A stretch of DNA of 64,000 nt from Actinomycetota bacterium (GCA_019639075.1 JAHBSO010000008.1:10330-74329), one strand, 5' to 3'. Shown: positions 1 through 9,285, counted from the first letter of the stretch. The notes: generated by a model not told the origin, from the letters alone. Translations and numbers: made by a program.

Positions 1-322
1 CCTCACCCCCGGGCCGACCGTCGACTGGATCCGCCTCGCCGTGCCGGTCGTCGCCGGACGCGACCCCAGCCCGTTCCAGCGGGTCGTCGCCGCGGCGGAC
101 TTCGTCAACGGCATCTCGAGCCCCGTGCCGGCGAAGGAGTGGACGTTCATCAACCCCGACCTGACCGTGACCGTCCACCGGCTCCCGGTCGGTGAGTGGG
201 TCGCGCTCGACGCCGGCACCCGGGTCGACGGCGACGGTACGGGCACGGCCGAGGCGGACCTGTACGACGCGTCAGGTCGGCTGGGCCGCGCCGTCCAGAC
301 GCTCCTCGTCGAACATCGCTGA
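1..322 (+). CDS. Thioesterase family (double hotdog) protein, 5' end outside the window
   Basis: AADFVNGISS...WTFINPDLTVTVHRLPVGEWVALD...LGRAVQTLLV is typical of TesB-like thioesterase C-termini. Confidence 0.8.
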   Translation, partial: LTPGPTVDWIRLAVPVVAGRDPSPFQRVVAAADFVNGISSPVPAKEWTFINPDLTVTVHRLPVGEWVALDAGTRVDGDGTGTAEADLYDASGRLGRAVQTLLVEHR

Positions 323-365
323 CGACGGGCGCCCGGAACGGGCCGGCACGGGGAACAATGGGAGG

Positions 366-875
366 ATGGGGTTCGACGTCGACCGCTGGCTCAAGTACGC
401 GAAGGCGCGGTTCGACGCCGCGATCGGGTCCGGCAACCGTCGCCTCGACGAGCTCGAGGCCGAGCGCGAGGCCGACCGGGCGGACATGCCGTGGCTGACC
501 GACGACGCCAGCGACGCCGTCGCGCCGAGCATGGACCAGGTGCGGGCCCGGATCGAGTGGGAGGCGAAGCGCCAGGGCGTCGACGCGCCGAAGGGCGAGG
601 GCGGCGTGCCCGACCGCCCCGTCGCGCCGCCCACCGTCGAGTCGCCCGCGACCCCACCCGCGACCACCCCGCCCGTCGCAGCAGCGACGGGCGACCCGGG
701 GCCCCTGCGGTCACCGCAGGAGCAGCAGGAGGACGCCGAGCGCGAGATGGCTCGGCTGGAGCTCGAGGCGCGCCAGAAGGCGTCGGCCGAACGGCTCGAC
801 GACATCCGCAAGGAGCTCGGCGTCGATGCGCCGCCGGAGGATCCACCGTCCGGCGACGACGGGACCGGCCGCTAG
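366..875 (+). CDS. Hypothetical protein with PspA/IM30-like terminal segments
   Basis: ATG at 366; WLKYAKARFD N-terminal helix, PSMDQVRARIE and a C-terminal RLDDIRKELG resemble actinobacterial PspA. Confidence 0.55.
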   Translation: MGFDVDRWLKYAKARFDAAIGSGNRRLDELEAEREADRADMPWLTDDASDAVAPSMDQVRARIEWEAKRQGVDAPKGEGGVPDRPVAPPTVESPATPPATTPPVAAATGDPGPLRSPQEQQEDAEREMARLELEARQKASAERLDDIRKELGVDAPPEDPPSGDDGTGR

Positions 876-902
876 ACCGATCCGGTCGAGCCGGACGGAC
901 GA

Positions 903-1163
903 TCAGCTGGCGTCGGCCAGGAGGTTGCGGCGCTCGGCCTCGTTCATGCCACCCCAGATGCCGTGCGGCTCCTTGATGGCGATCGCGTAGTCCAGGCACG
1001 GCCGCTTCACCGGGCAGGTGCGGCAGATGTCCTTCGCCCGCAACTCGCGCCCGAGCTTGTCGTCCTTGCGCTCGAAGGTCCCTGGCGGGAAGAACACCTC
1101 CGACTGCGGTCCCCTGCATGCAGCCCGGAGCTGCCAGTCGTCACTCATACGTCGTGTGCTCAC
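903..1163 (-). CDS. WhiB family Fe-S transcriptional regulator (WhiB3/WhiD-like)
   Basis: WQLRAAC...CRTCPVKRPC...GIWGG: four Cys plus GIWGG; AAAGGGGG RBS before GTG 1163 (alternative ATG 1148). Confidence 0.9.
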   Translation of the reverse strand: MSTRRMSDDWQLRAACRGPQSEVFFPPGTFERKDDKLGRELRAKDICRTCPVKRPCLDYAIAIKEPHGIWGGMNEAERRNLLADAS

Positions 1164-1270
1164 CGGAAGTCCCCCTTTCGGTGAGGCCGAAAGGTAGGAC
1201 CGGTTCCGCGCTCGGACAACCCCCAACTTTCGCGAGCGCGGGCGCGCACTTTCGCGAGCGCGCCGACCGA

Positions 1271-2665
1271 TCAGTCCGGGTCGGCGGGAGGGAGCGGTCG
1301 CCCGTCGACCAGCACGGCGCCGTCCTCGACCGCGTCCTCGTCGTCGGAGCCGCCGCCGCGCCGCTCGCGGTGATCCTTCGCCCCGCCCTCGAGCGGCTCC
1401 ACCTCGAGCAGCAGGCCGTCGACCTCGACGACCCGCACGACGTCGTGCAGCGCGAGCGGCGTGGCCCGGTTGGTGCGGGCCCGCCAGAGCGCGCCCCGCA
1501 CGCGCACGACCCCGTCGGGGTCGACGTTGGTGACCGCCTCACCCTCCTCGCCGATCATCCACTCCCGACCGATCGTCGGGGTCGAGAACCGGGTGCGCAC
1601 CATGGCCGGCATGCCGCCGATCATGAACAGCGGCAGGCCGATGATGCCGACCCCGAGTGCGATCCAGGACAGGCTGAGGCCGTCGTAGAGCGCGAGGGAA
1701 CCGACGACGAGCGCGACCGTTCCGATGACCGACCACACCCGCGGCACGCCGGTCTGCACGTCGACGGTGAAGCCGAACACCGACAGCACGAGGAGCGCGA
1801 CCGCCCACGGTCGCGTCGGGAGCACGGCCAGTCCGTAGCACGAGAGGACGAACGCGCCGGCGCCGACCAGGCCGGCGATGCCGACACCCGCGGTGTACAG
1901 CTCGAAGACGATCAGCGCGAGCCCGATCAGGAACAGCAGGTAGGCCACGGGCGGGCTGCCGACCGTGTGGAAGAGCTGGTCCTGGACCGGGAGCGCCGAG
2001 AACACCGGGACGGTGACCGGCTCCCGGCGGATGATGTCGCCGTCGCGCACCTGCTTGGTCTCGAAGCCGGGGATGTCGATGAGGAAGTCGCCGATGACGT
2101 TGGCGGTGCGCGGGGCGACACCGAGGTCGAGGGCGGCCTCGTCGTCGACCGTGCCGGTGCGGAGCCGGTCCTTCGCAGCGAGGAAGGTGGGCGACAGCAG
2201 CTCGTCGGGGACCACGAGGTCGCCGGTCTTGCCGAGCCGGGAACCGGGTGAGATGCCCACGACGTCGACGACGCCGGCGAGCTGGGCGGTGCCCCCGAGC
2301 GCCGACGAGCCGCTGGGGCCGACCCACATCGCGACGGTGACCGGCGTGTCGTGGATCGTCCGGGCCAGCTCGGCGAGCCGCTCGTCGGTGACCACCGATC
2401 CGGAGCTGTCGACCTGGAGGACGACGGCGACGACGCTCGCCTCGGCGCCGTCGCGCACCGACCGCTCGATGAAGTCGGCCAGGACCGGGTCGAGGAGGCC
2501 CTGGACCTTGATGACGCTGACCCGTCCGGGGTCGGTCGACGAGCCGCCGTCGGCGTCCGACGCCGCCGTCGTGGTCGTGGGCTGCTGCGCGCCGGCCGGC
2601 GCCGCCAGGGCGAGGAGCGCGCCGGCGACGGCGAAGATCAGTCCGAGGATGGGTAGTCTGCGCAA
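1271..2665 (-). CDS. NfeD family membrane protein (ClpP-like N-domain, TM domain, OB-fold)
   Basis: Signal peptide, ELYTAGVGIAG TM motif, C-terminal GVVRVRGALWRA; start position approximate. Confidence 0.85.
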   Translation of the reverse strand: MRRLPILGLIFAVAGALLALAAPAGAQQPTTTTAASDADGGSSTDPGRVSVIKVQGLLDPVLADFIERSVRDGAEASVVAVVLQVDSSGSVVTDERLAELARTIHDTPVTVAMWVGPSGSSALGGTAQLAGVVDVVGISPGSRLGKTGDLVVPDELLSPTFLAAKDRLRTGTVDDEAALDLGVAPRTANVIGDFLIDIPGFETKQVRDGDIIRREPVTVPVFSALPVQDQLFHTVGSPPVAYLLFLIGLALIVFELYTAGVGIAGLVGAGAFVLSCYGLAVLPTRPWAVALLVLSVFGFTVDVQTGVPRVWSVIGTVALVVGSLALYDGLSLSWIALGVGIIGLPLFMIGGMPAMVRTRFSTPTIGREWMIGEEGEAVTNVDPDGVVRVRGALWRARTNRATPLALHDVVRVVEVDGLLLEVEPLEGGAKDHRERRGGGSDDEDAVEDGAVLVDGRPLPPADPD

Positions 2666-2708
2666 CGCACGTGCTCCGAGCGACACCGACGAGTGGAAGG
2701 TCTGGGGG

Positions 2709-3689
2709 TTGGATCCAGCGCAGTTCTTCGCTGCATCTCGCCTCGTCATCGTTGCTGGCAAGGGCGGAGTCGGCAAAACGACGGTGTCGGCGACACTTGC
2801 TTCCGCCGCGGCCCGACGGGGCCTGACCTCGTTGATCGTCGAGGTCGAGGGGAAGTCGGGCCTGTCGTCGATGTTCGGCGAACCGGCGTTCTCCTACGAC
2901 GAGGTGACCCTCGCCGAGGGCGACGACGACCGCGGGCTCGCCGAGGTGCGGGCCCGCACCCTGACGCCCGACGAGGCGCTGGTGGAGTACCTCGAGCAGT
3001 CCGGCATGAGCCGCATCTCGAAGCGGCTGGTCAGCAGCGGCGCGCTCGACATGGTGGCCACCGCGGTGCCCGGCATCCGCGACATCCTCGTGCTCGGCAA
3101 GGTCAAGCAGCTCGAACGCGGCCATGCCGCCGACCTGCTCGTCCTCGACGCTCCCGCCGCCGGCCACGCGATCTCGTTCCTCCAGTCGGCCAGCGGCCTC
3201 GTCGACGCGGTCCGCCTCGGGCCGATCAACAACCAGGCCCGCGACGTCCTGGAGCTGCTGAGCGATCCCTCCCGATGCCAGGTGATGCTGGTGACGCTCC
3301 CGGAGGAGACGCCGGTCAACGAGCTGGTCGACACCGCCTACCAGCTCGAGGACCGCGTCGGCGTGAGCCTCGGCCCGGTCGTGGTCAACGGGTGCTACCC
3401 GCCGCTCCCGGGCCTCGACGCCGATCCCGAGGCCGCGGCGGCCGAGGCCGGCGTGGCGCTGCGCCCGTTCGAGCCGGCCGCGCTCGCCGAGGCCGCCCAG
3501 TTCCGCCGCGAGCGCACCGAGCTCCAGCGCGAACAGGTCCAGCGCTTGTCCGACGCGCTTCCCCTCCCCCAGATCCACCTCCCGTACCTGTTCGAGGCCG
3601 AGCTCGGCCCGCCCGAGCTGGACCGGCTCGCCGCCACCTTCCTCGACGGGGTCGAGGCCCTCGCCGATCCGCTGGAGGTGGAGGGGTGA
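2709..3689 (+). CDS. ArsA/Get3-family P-loop ATPase (Rv3679/BagA-like)
   Basis: GKGGVGKTT, DAPAAGH, VTLPEETPVNE; TTG start. Confidence 0.88.
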   Translation: MDPAQFFAASRLVIVAGKGGVGKTTVSATLASAAARRGLTSLIVEVEGKSGLSSMFGEPAFSYDEVTLAEGDDDRGLAEVRARTLTPDEALVEYLEQSGMSRISKRLVSSGALDMVATAVPGIRDILVLGKVKQLERGHAADLLVLDAPAAGHAISFLQSASGLVDAVRLGPINNQARDVLELLSDPSRCQVMLVTLPEETPVNELVDTAYQLEDRVGVSLGPVVVNGCYPPLPGLDADPEAAAAEAGVALRPFEPAALAEAAQFRRERTELQREQVQRLSDALPLPQIHLPYLFEAELGPPELDRLAATFLDGVEALADPLEVEG

Positions 3690-4810
3690 GCCCGCCGTCG
3701 ACCACCACCGCGACCGAGGGAGACGCGCTCCACGGCCTCATCGAGGAGCGGGAGATCCTCATCTGCTCGGGTTCCGGTGGGGTCGGCAAGACGACCACCG
3801 CGGCGGTGCTGGCCATCGAGGCCGCCGCGCTCGGACGACGCGCCGTCGTCGTCACCATCGACCCGGCCAAGCGGCTCGCCGACGCCCTCGGCCTCGGCGG
3901 CCAGGGCATCGGCAACGTGCCGCAGCGGATCGACGGCGAATGGCCCGGCGAGCTGTGGGCGGTGATGCTCGACACGAAGTCGACCTTCGACGACCTCGTC
4001 ACCACGTACTCGTCGGACCCCGAGCAGGCGCAGCGGATCCTCGCCAACCGCTTCTACAAGAACATCTCCGGGGCGCTGTCGGGCACCCAGGAGTACATGG
4101 CGATGGAGAAGCTGTACGACCTCCACAACGACGACCGGTTCGACCTCGTCATCGTCGACACCCCGCCGAGCCGCAACGCGCTCGACTTCCTGGAGGCACC
4201 CAAGCGCCTCACCCGGTTCCTCGACCACCGGCTCTACCGGGTGCTGATGGCGCCGACCCGCGGCGTGATGCGGGCGGTCAACGTCGCCGCGCAGGCGTTC
4301 GTGCGGAGCGTGTCGAAGGTCGTCGGCGGCGAGGTGTTCGACGACGCGATCGCCTTCTTCCAGGCGTTCGACGGCATGGAGCAGGGCTTCAAGGAGCGGG
4401 CCGAGAAGGTGCTCCACCTGATCGAGAGCCCCGCCACCGGGTTCCTGCTGGTCGCCTCACCCAAGCGCGACACCGTCGCGGAGGCCCGGTTCTTCGCCGA
4501 CAAGCTGGCCGAGAACGAGATCCCGGTCTCCGCGCTCATCGTCAACCGGATGCACCCCCGGTTCACCGACGAGATGCCCGAGGCGCTGGCCGCCCGGGCG
4601 CACACGCTGGAGGGCACCGACATCGGCGGTCAGTTCCGCAACCTGGCCGACTTCGCGCTGGTCGCGGCCCGGGAGGAGGAGCACCTCGCCGGCCTCGCTG
4701 AGCAGGTCAGCCCCGCTCCAGTGGTACGCGTTCCATTTCTGCGCTCAGATGTGCACGACCTCGTCGGGCTCCGGCTCGTCGCGGACCACCTCTTCGGAAG
4801 GACGGCATGA
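3686..4810 (+). CDS. ArsA/Get3-family ATPase (Rv3680/BagB-like)
   Basis: GSGGVGKTT, TIDPAKRLA, GTQEYMAMEKL, DTPPSRNALDFL; GTGA overlap with upstream gene. Confidence 0.9.
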   Translation: MSPPSTTTATEGDALHGLIEEREILICSGSGGVGKTTTAAVLAIEAAALGRRAVVVTIDPAKRLADALGLGGQGIGNVPQRIDGEWPGELWAVMLDTKSTFDDLVTTYSSDPEQAQRILANRFYKNISGALSGTQEYMAMEKLYDLHNDDRFDLVIVDTPPSRNALDFLEAPKRLTRFLDHRLYRVLMAPTRGVMRAVNVAAQAFVRSVSKVVGGEVFDDAIAFFQAFDGMEQGFKERAEKVLHLIESPATGFLLVASPKRDTVAEARFFADKLAENEIPVSALIVNRMHPRFTDEMPEALAARAHTLEGTDIGGQFRNLADFALVAAREEEHLAGLAEQVSPAPVVRVPFLRSDVHDLVGLRLVADHLFGRTA

Positions 4811-5757
4811 CGGCAGTCGGCGTACCAGTGCTCGCGGTGAGCGATCTCCAACGCTCGCTCGCGTTCTACAAGTCGCTCGGGTTCATCCTGATCGTCGAGT
4901 TCGACGGCTACGCGATCCTCGCCTTCCAGGGCGCCGAGACCCACATCGCCCAGATCGACACGCTGCCGCCGCCGGAGAAGAGCGTGAGCGGGGCCTACCT
5001 GCGGGTCGACGACGCCGACTCGGTCTACGAGCTGTGGATGGCGTCGGGCGCGCCGTCCCTCAAGCCGCCGACCGACGAGCCGTACGGGATCCGCGAGTTC
5101 GCCACCGAGGACGTCGACGGCAACCTGTGGCGGGTGGGTTCGCTGCGGGCCTCGGCACCACCGCGTCCCGGCGGCCGCGACCACACGGTGCGCGCCGAGG
5201 ACGCCCCCGTCGACGGGGCGCCGGGCACCCTTGACGAGTCGTGGTTGAGCATCGTCGAGTCGTCGACCTGCGCCGGATGCGGGCTCACCCCCGCGGAAGG
5301 ACCGACCGGCGTCGTCGGCGGTCGCATCGTCGACGAGTCGCAGCGGTGGACCATGCTGCTCGATGCGGACGACGCGCGGGTCCGTGCCCGTCCGTCACCC
5401 GGCACCTGGTCGGCGCTCGAGTACGCGGTGCACGTGCGCGACACGCTCTCGGTGTTCAACGAGCGGGTGGAGCGGATGCTGACCGAGGCCGAGCCGGAGC
5501 TGGGCTGGTGGGACCACGAGGTCGCCATCGAGGAGAGCGACGCGAACACGCTCGACGTGGCAACGGTGGTCGAGGAGCTGTTCCGCAACGCGCTCGAGCT
5601 CCGGTCGACGCTCCAACGGGTCACCGGCACGGCCTGGTACCGCACCGGGACCCGCCGCGGTCACGAGACGTTCACCATCGAGACGACGGCCCGCTTCGCG
5701 CTGCACGAGGTCGTCCACCACCGCGTCGACGCCCAGCGCTCCCTCACCGCCCTCTGA
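4807..5757 (+). CDS. VOC/bleomycin-resistance domain fused to DinB-like domain
   Basis: PVLAVSDLQRSLAFY...PYGIREFATEDVDGN, then WSALEYAVHVRD...LHEVVHH. Confidence 0.8.
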   Translation: MTAVGVPVLAVSDLQRSLAFYKSLGFILIVEFDGYAILAFQGAETHIAQIDTLPPPEKSVSGAYLRVDDADSVYELWMASGAPSLKPPTDEPYGIREFATEDVDGNLWRVGSLRASAPPRPGGRDHTVRAEDAPVDGAPGTLDESWLSIVESSTCAGCGLTPAEGPTGVVGGRIVDESQRWTMLLDADDARVRARPSPGTWSALEYAVHVRDTLSVFNERVERMLTEAEPELGWWDHEVAIEESDANTLDVATVVEELFRNALELRSTLQRVTGTAWYRTGTRRGHETFTIETTARFALHEVVHHRVDAQRSLTAL

Positions 5758-5764
5758 CGAACCG

Positions 5765-5873
5765 CCTTTCGACTCGCTCCGCTCGCTCAAGGAACAGCGT
5801 CTGCGGGTTGAGCGGAGTCGAAACCCCGTCTGCTGGTTGAGCGGAGCGAGCGCAGCGAGCGGAGTCGAAACCC
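5765..5873. repeat. REP-like cluster A (one inverted 31-bp copy plus two GGTTGAGCGG...GTCGAAACCC variants)
   Basis: CCTTTCGACTCGCTCCGCTCGCTCAAGGAAC is the reverse complement of the repeat at 21757, 24293, 34041 and 34103; lies between convergent genes. Confidence 0.85.
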
Positions 5874-5874
5874 G

Positions 5875-6219
5875 TCAGTCCCCGTCGGCGCCCAGCGCGG
5901 CGACGGCTTCGTCGAGCGTCTCGGTGACCGGGACGATCCGGTCGAAACCGGTCGTGTGCAGCAGTCGGGTGAGGGTGGGACGGCTGCACGCCACGGCCAC
6001 CTCGCCACCGTTCTCCCGGGCCCGACGGATGCCGCCGATGAGCGCTCCGAGGCCGGCGGAGTCCATGAACGGCACCTCCGACAGGTCGATCACCACCTGC
6101 GGGTGGGACGCGAGCTCGCCGAGCGACTGGCGGAAGTCGGTGACCGTGTAGGCGTCGAGCTCGCCCACCGGGCGGCACAGGGTGTAGCCGCCGGCATCGA
6201 CCACTTCGATCTCGAGCAC
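5875..6219 (-). CDS. STAS-domain anti-sigma factor antagonist
   Basis: GELDAYT...IDLSEVPFMDSAGLGAL with the phospho-Ser; GAGGAGG RBS. Confidence 0.92.
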   Translation of the reverse strand: MLEIEVVDAGGYTLCRPVGELDAYTVTDFRQSLGELASHPQVVIDLSEVPFMDSAGLGALIGGIRRARENGGEVAVACSRPTLTRLLHTTGFDRIVPVTETLDEAVAALGADGD

Positions 6220-6356
6220 GCCAGGGTCCTCCTCGGGGGCGTCGGACGCGTGAAGGGGTGATGGTACCCAACCCCTCCGACGATCCGGGCCTCGTCGCCT
6301 CGAGCGCGGCCGGTGACGTGGAGCCGTGTGGGGGTGGACCGCTAGGGTCCGGTTCC

Positions 6357-6767
6357 GTGCCACGCGTCTTGCTCGCCACCGATGCCGACTGGGTCCACGA
6401 GGAGGTCGACGCTGCGATCGCCGGCGACGACATCGACGTGCTGCGGGTCCGTCTCGGCACCGAGGTCGCCCCGGCCGTGAAGGCCGAGGACTTCGACCTC
6501 GTCGTGCTCGACCTGCAGATCGGCAACATGGGCGGCATGGCCACCTGTATGAACCTGCGCCTGGACGAGAGCGTCGACATCATCGGCCACGTCCCGGTGC
6601 TGATGCTGCTCGACCGCGAGGCCGACATCTTCCTGGCCGAGCGTTGCGACGCCGACGGCTGGGTCGTGAAGCCGCTCGACCCGTTCCGGCTCCGCCGGGC
6701 CGCCGTGGCGCTGCTGGCCGGCGAGCGCTGGACCGAGGGTCGGACCGAACCGGCGCCCACCGCCTGA
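6357..6767 (+). CDS. Single-domain response regulator receiver
   Basis: DLVVLDLQIGNMGG, VPVLML, GWVVKP. Confidence 0.8.
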   Translation: MPRVLLATDADWVHEEVDAAIAGDDIDVLRVRLGTEVAPAVKAEDFDLVVLDLQIGNMGGMATCMNLRLDESVDIIGHVPVLMLLDREADIFLAERCDADGWVVKPLDPFRLRRAAVALLAGERWTEGRTEPAPTA

Positions 6768-6836
6768 CCCCTCCGGGGTTCCGGCTGGACGGGGGCAAGA
6801 GGCCGTCGGCTACGCTCGGCCCCCGCACAACACCAC

Positions 6837-6913
6837 CGGGGTGTGGCTCAGCTTGGCAGAGCGCTGCGTTCGGGACGCAGAGGTCGTGGGTTCAAATCCC
6901 GCCACCCCGACCA
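6837..6913 (+). tRNA. tRNA-Pro(CGG)
   Basis: CGGGGTGTGGCTCAGCTTGG...CTGCG-TTCGGGA-CGCAG...GGTTCAAATCC...CCCCGACCA cloverleaf with encoded CCA. Confidence 0.97.
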
Positions 6914-6927
6914 ACAGACCACCAGGT

Positions 6928-6951
6928 CAGCGGCCCCACCCGGGCCGCTGA
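6928..6951. terminator. Hairpin downstream of tRNA-Pro
   Basis: TCAGCGGCCC-CACCC-GGGCCGCTGA inverted repeat. Confidence 0.6.
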
Positions 6952-6977
6952 TCCGCGTCAGGGCCGAGCGCCAGTCG

Positions 6978-7811
6978 TCAGGGTTGCGGGCGGAGCTCCA
7001 CGACCCACATGGGCACGAAGTCCTCGTCGGCGACCAGCACCCGCAGCGTCGCCGGGGCGCCGTCCTCGGCATCGATCCCCTCGCCCTCGCCGGCCACCCG
7101 ACCGGCCGAGCCGACGTCGGTGACCTCGCCGGTGACCAGGTCGACCCGGTAGACGCCGTTGTGGTCGTCGTCGGTCGAGAGCCACAGCGCGCCACCGGCG
7201 ACGTCGCCGCCCTGGATCCGGTCGATCGACGCGCTCATCCGGAGCGGCTCGAGCTGCTCGACCGTCCCGTCGACCACCCGGTAGCGGACGATCGTGTCGT
7301 CGCTGAACTCGTCGGCGGAGTAGGCCACGCCGTCGCCGTCGACGGTGACGAACGCGTTGTGGTGCTGGGCGACCTCGAACGAGTCGACGTAATCGAAGGT
7401 GTCGGGGTCGAACCGGGCCGTGACCTGCACCCCGCTGTCCTTGTCCGGTCGCTCGACGGGGACCCAGAGCAGACCGTCGACGGCGGCCACGTCGCCGTCG
7501 CCCATGTGGTCGTAGCCCTGCACGGCGAGCTCGGCCGGGATGGCATCGGGCTGTTCCTCCACCTTCGCGAAGTCGGCGTCGGTCCGGTACAGCGTCTGGT
7601 TCGTGACGAAGACCCATCCGTCGTCGGAACGAGCCAGACCCTGGCGGAAGTTCGGGTCGACCTCGTGCTCGCCGTCCACCGCGAAGGTGGGCACCGCGGT
7701 CGTCGTGGTGGCTGCGACCGTGGTCGGGCCCGCCGACGCTCCGCCGTCGGATCCGTCGGACGAGCACCCGGCGAGGAGCAGCGCCACACCGACGGCGATC
7801 GCGATGCGCAC
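6978..7811 (-). CDS. Lipoprotein, probable beta-propeller
   Basis: LLLAGC lipobox, Thr-rich linker, repeated QGL/QGG/EGI blade-like motifs; co-oriented with the phnZ-like gene. Confidence 0.65.
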   Translation of the reverse strand: MRIAIAVGVALLLAGCSSDGSDGGASAGPTTVAATTTTAVPTFAVDGEHEVDPNFRQGLARSDDGWVFVTNQTLYRTDADFAKVEEQPDAIPAELAVQGYDHMGDGDVAAVDGLLWVPVERPDKDSGVQVTARFDPDTFDYVDSFEVAQHHNAFVTVDGDGVAYSADEFSDDTIVRYRVVDGTVEQLEPLRMSASIDRIQGGDVAGGALWLSTDDDHNGVYRVDLVTGEVTDVGSAGRVAGEGEGIDAEDGAPATLRVLVADEDFVPMWVVELRPQP

Positions 7812-7812
7812 C

Positions 7813-8379
7813 TCAGCGCTCCCCGAGGCGGCGGAGCAGGGGTTCGTAGGCTGCGAGCGGCGCGATGGTCAGGCCGTCGACCTTGCCGTCGTCGTCCCAT
7901 CCCCGAAGCCGAACGGCCTCGGCGCACCCCGCTCGGGCCTCGAACGCGGCGACCTCGTCGGGGTCCATGGGCCCGCCCTGGCGGGCGAGGCTGACCGTGG
8001 AGCCGGCCGACAACCCGGCCCGGTACGCCGGGTCGACCGCGCAGCGGTAGCGCTTGGCCGCCACGTGGTCGGCGATCGGACCGACCACCTCGCCGGGCAT
8101 GATCCCGGCCAACCAGGCGGCACCCCGATGCTCGTGGCCGAGGTCGTCGTCCACGTCGCCGTCGGTGACGCCCCCGGACCGGAGCTCGAGCAGATGGCCG
8201 ACGTCGTGGAGCAGCGCGGCGGCGACCAGCGCGTCGTCGGCGCCGGCCGCCGCGGCCAGCGCGGCGGTCTGCAGCGCGTGGTCGAGCTGGCTGACGTCCT
8301 CGTCGTAGCGTTCCCGCCCCCACGTCTCGAAGAGGTCGAGCACCTCGTCGAGACCCCGTGCCGGTGGTTCGTCGCTCAC
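7813..8379 (-). CDS. HD-domain diiron oxygenase, PhnZ/TmpB-like
   Basis: VSQLDHALQ, ALLHDVGH, HVAAKRY, SLARQGGPM, LRGWDDDGK. Confidence 0.88.
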   Translation of the reverse strand: MSDEPPARGLDEVLDLFETWGRERYDEDVSQLDHALQTAALAAAAGADDALVAAALLHDVGHLLELRSGGVTDGDVDDDLGHEHRGAAWLAGIMPGEVVGPIADHVAAKRYRCAVDPAYRAGLSAGSTVSLARQGGPMDPDEVAAFEARAGCAEAVRLRGWDDDGKVDGLTIAPLAAYEPLLRRLGER

Positions 8380-9152
8380 GTGACGGCCCGGCCCTCGAAG
8401 TCGTCGATCAACGACACCCGGACCCCGCCGTCGGCCCGGGCCCCGGCGGCGTCGAACCGGGCCAGCTTCTCCGCGTAGTAGGCGGACCGCAGGTCCCCTT
8501 CGGCGGCCGCGTTGTAGGTCGGGTAGAGCGCCCGCCTCGGCAGGCCCGAGCGGTTGGGGCCGGAGCGGTGCGGGGTGCGGGAGTGGAACCACAGGGTCCA
8601 GCCGGCCGGCACCGGGACCGCTCGCCACGCCATCCCCGCCACGACGTCGGGGTGGATGCGGCCACCGTCGTCCTGGCGGAGCACCTCGTGGTGGGCCGAC
8701 TCGACGACCTCGAGGCAGCCGTTCTCGACGGTCGCGTCGTCGACGGCGACCATGCACGAGACGTGGGCATCGAGGAAGGGGTACGCCGGTGCGTCCTGGT
8801 GGGGCGAGTAGCCGGCGCCGCCCGCCAGCTTGTAGTTGACCTTCTCCTTGTAGAGCACGGCCGGCTCGCCGAGCAGCGCGGACGCCGTGTCGAGCAGGGA
8901 GCCGGTGGTGAGCAGCTCGCGGAGACCGGCGTGGAACGGGACGAGGTTCTCGCTGCGGCAGAGCTTCGGACCGTCGTCGGTGAGCTCGCGGTGGTGCATC
9001 CACCCGTCGCCGTCGTCGGGCCATGCCGCCACCTCGTCGACCCAGGTGCGCAGCGCGGCCACCCCGTCGTCGTCCAGCGTGCGGGTCAACAGCCAGCCGG
9101 TGGCGCGGAAGCTGCGGACCTCGTCCTCCCCCGGCACCTCACCCACACCCAC
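8376..9152 (-). CDS. Fe(II)/2-oxoglutarate dioxygenase (PhyH family), PhnY*-like
   Basis: LYKEKVNYKLAGGAGYSPHQD, DDATVENGCL, FHSRTPHRSGPN; 4-bp overlap with the HD gene. Confidence 0.88.
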   Translation of the reverse strand: MGVGEVPGEDEVRSFRATGWLLTRTLDDDGVAALRTWVDEVAAWPDDGDGWMHHRELTDDGPKLCRSENLVPFHAGLRELLTTGSLLDTASALLGEPAVLYKEKVNYKLAGGAGYSPHQDAPAYPFLDAHVSCMVAVDDATVENGCLEVVESAHHEVLRQDDGGRIHPDVVAGMAWRAVPVPAGWTLWFHSRTPHRSGPNRSGLPRRALYPTYNAAAEGDLRSAYYAEKLARFDAAGARADGGVRVSLIDDFEGRAVT

Positions 9153-9248
9153 GGCTTCCTCCTCCCACGACCGGTGCGCATCGTGACCGACGCGCTCGTC
9201 CTCCAGGTTGCCACCGGGTGAACGGTGGAGGAGCCCACCCGATTAGGT

Positions 9249-9278
9249 TTGACAATCGTTCTCATTCTGGTCCACGAT
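9249..9278 (+). promoter_or_regulatory. sigmaA-type promoter overlapped by a Zur/Fur-type box
   Basis: TTGACA at 9249, CACGAT at 9273 (18-bp spacer); imperfect palindrome TGACAATCGTTCTCA at 9250-9264. Confidence 0.75.
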
Positions 9279-9285
9279 CGCGCCC

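Noticed and set aside
2709-4810. Arsenic resistance operon
   Set aside because: No arsB/acr3, arsC or arsR; the motifs fit the Rv3679/Rv3680-type Get3-like pair.
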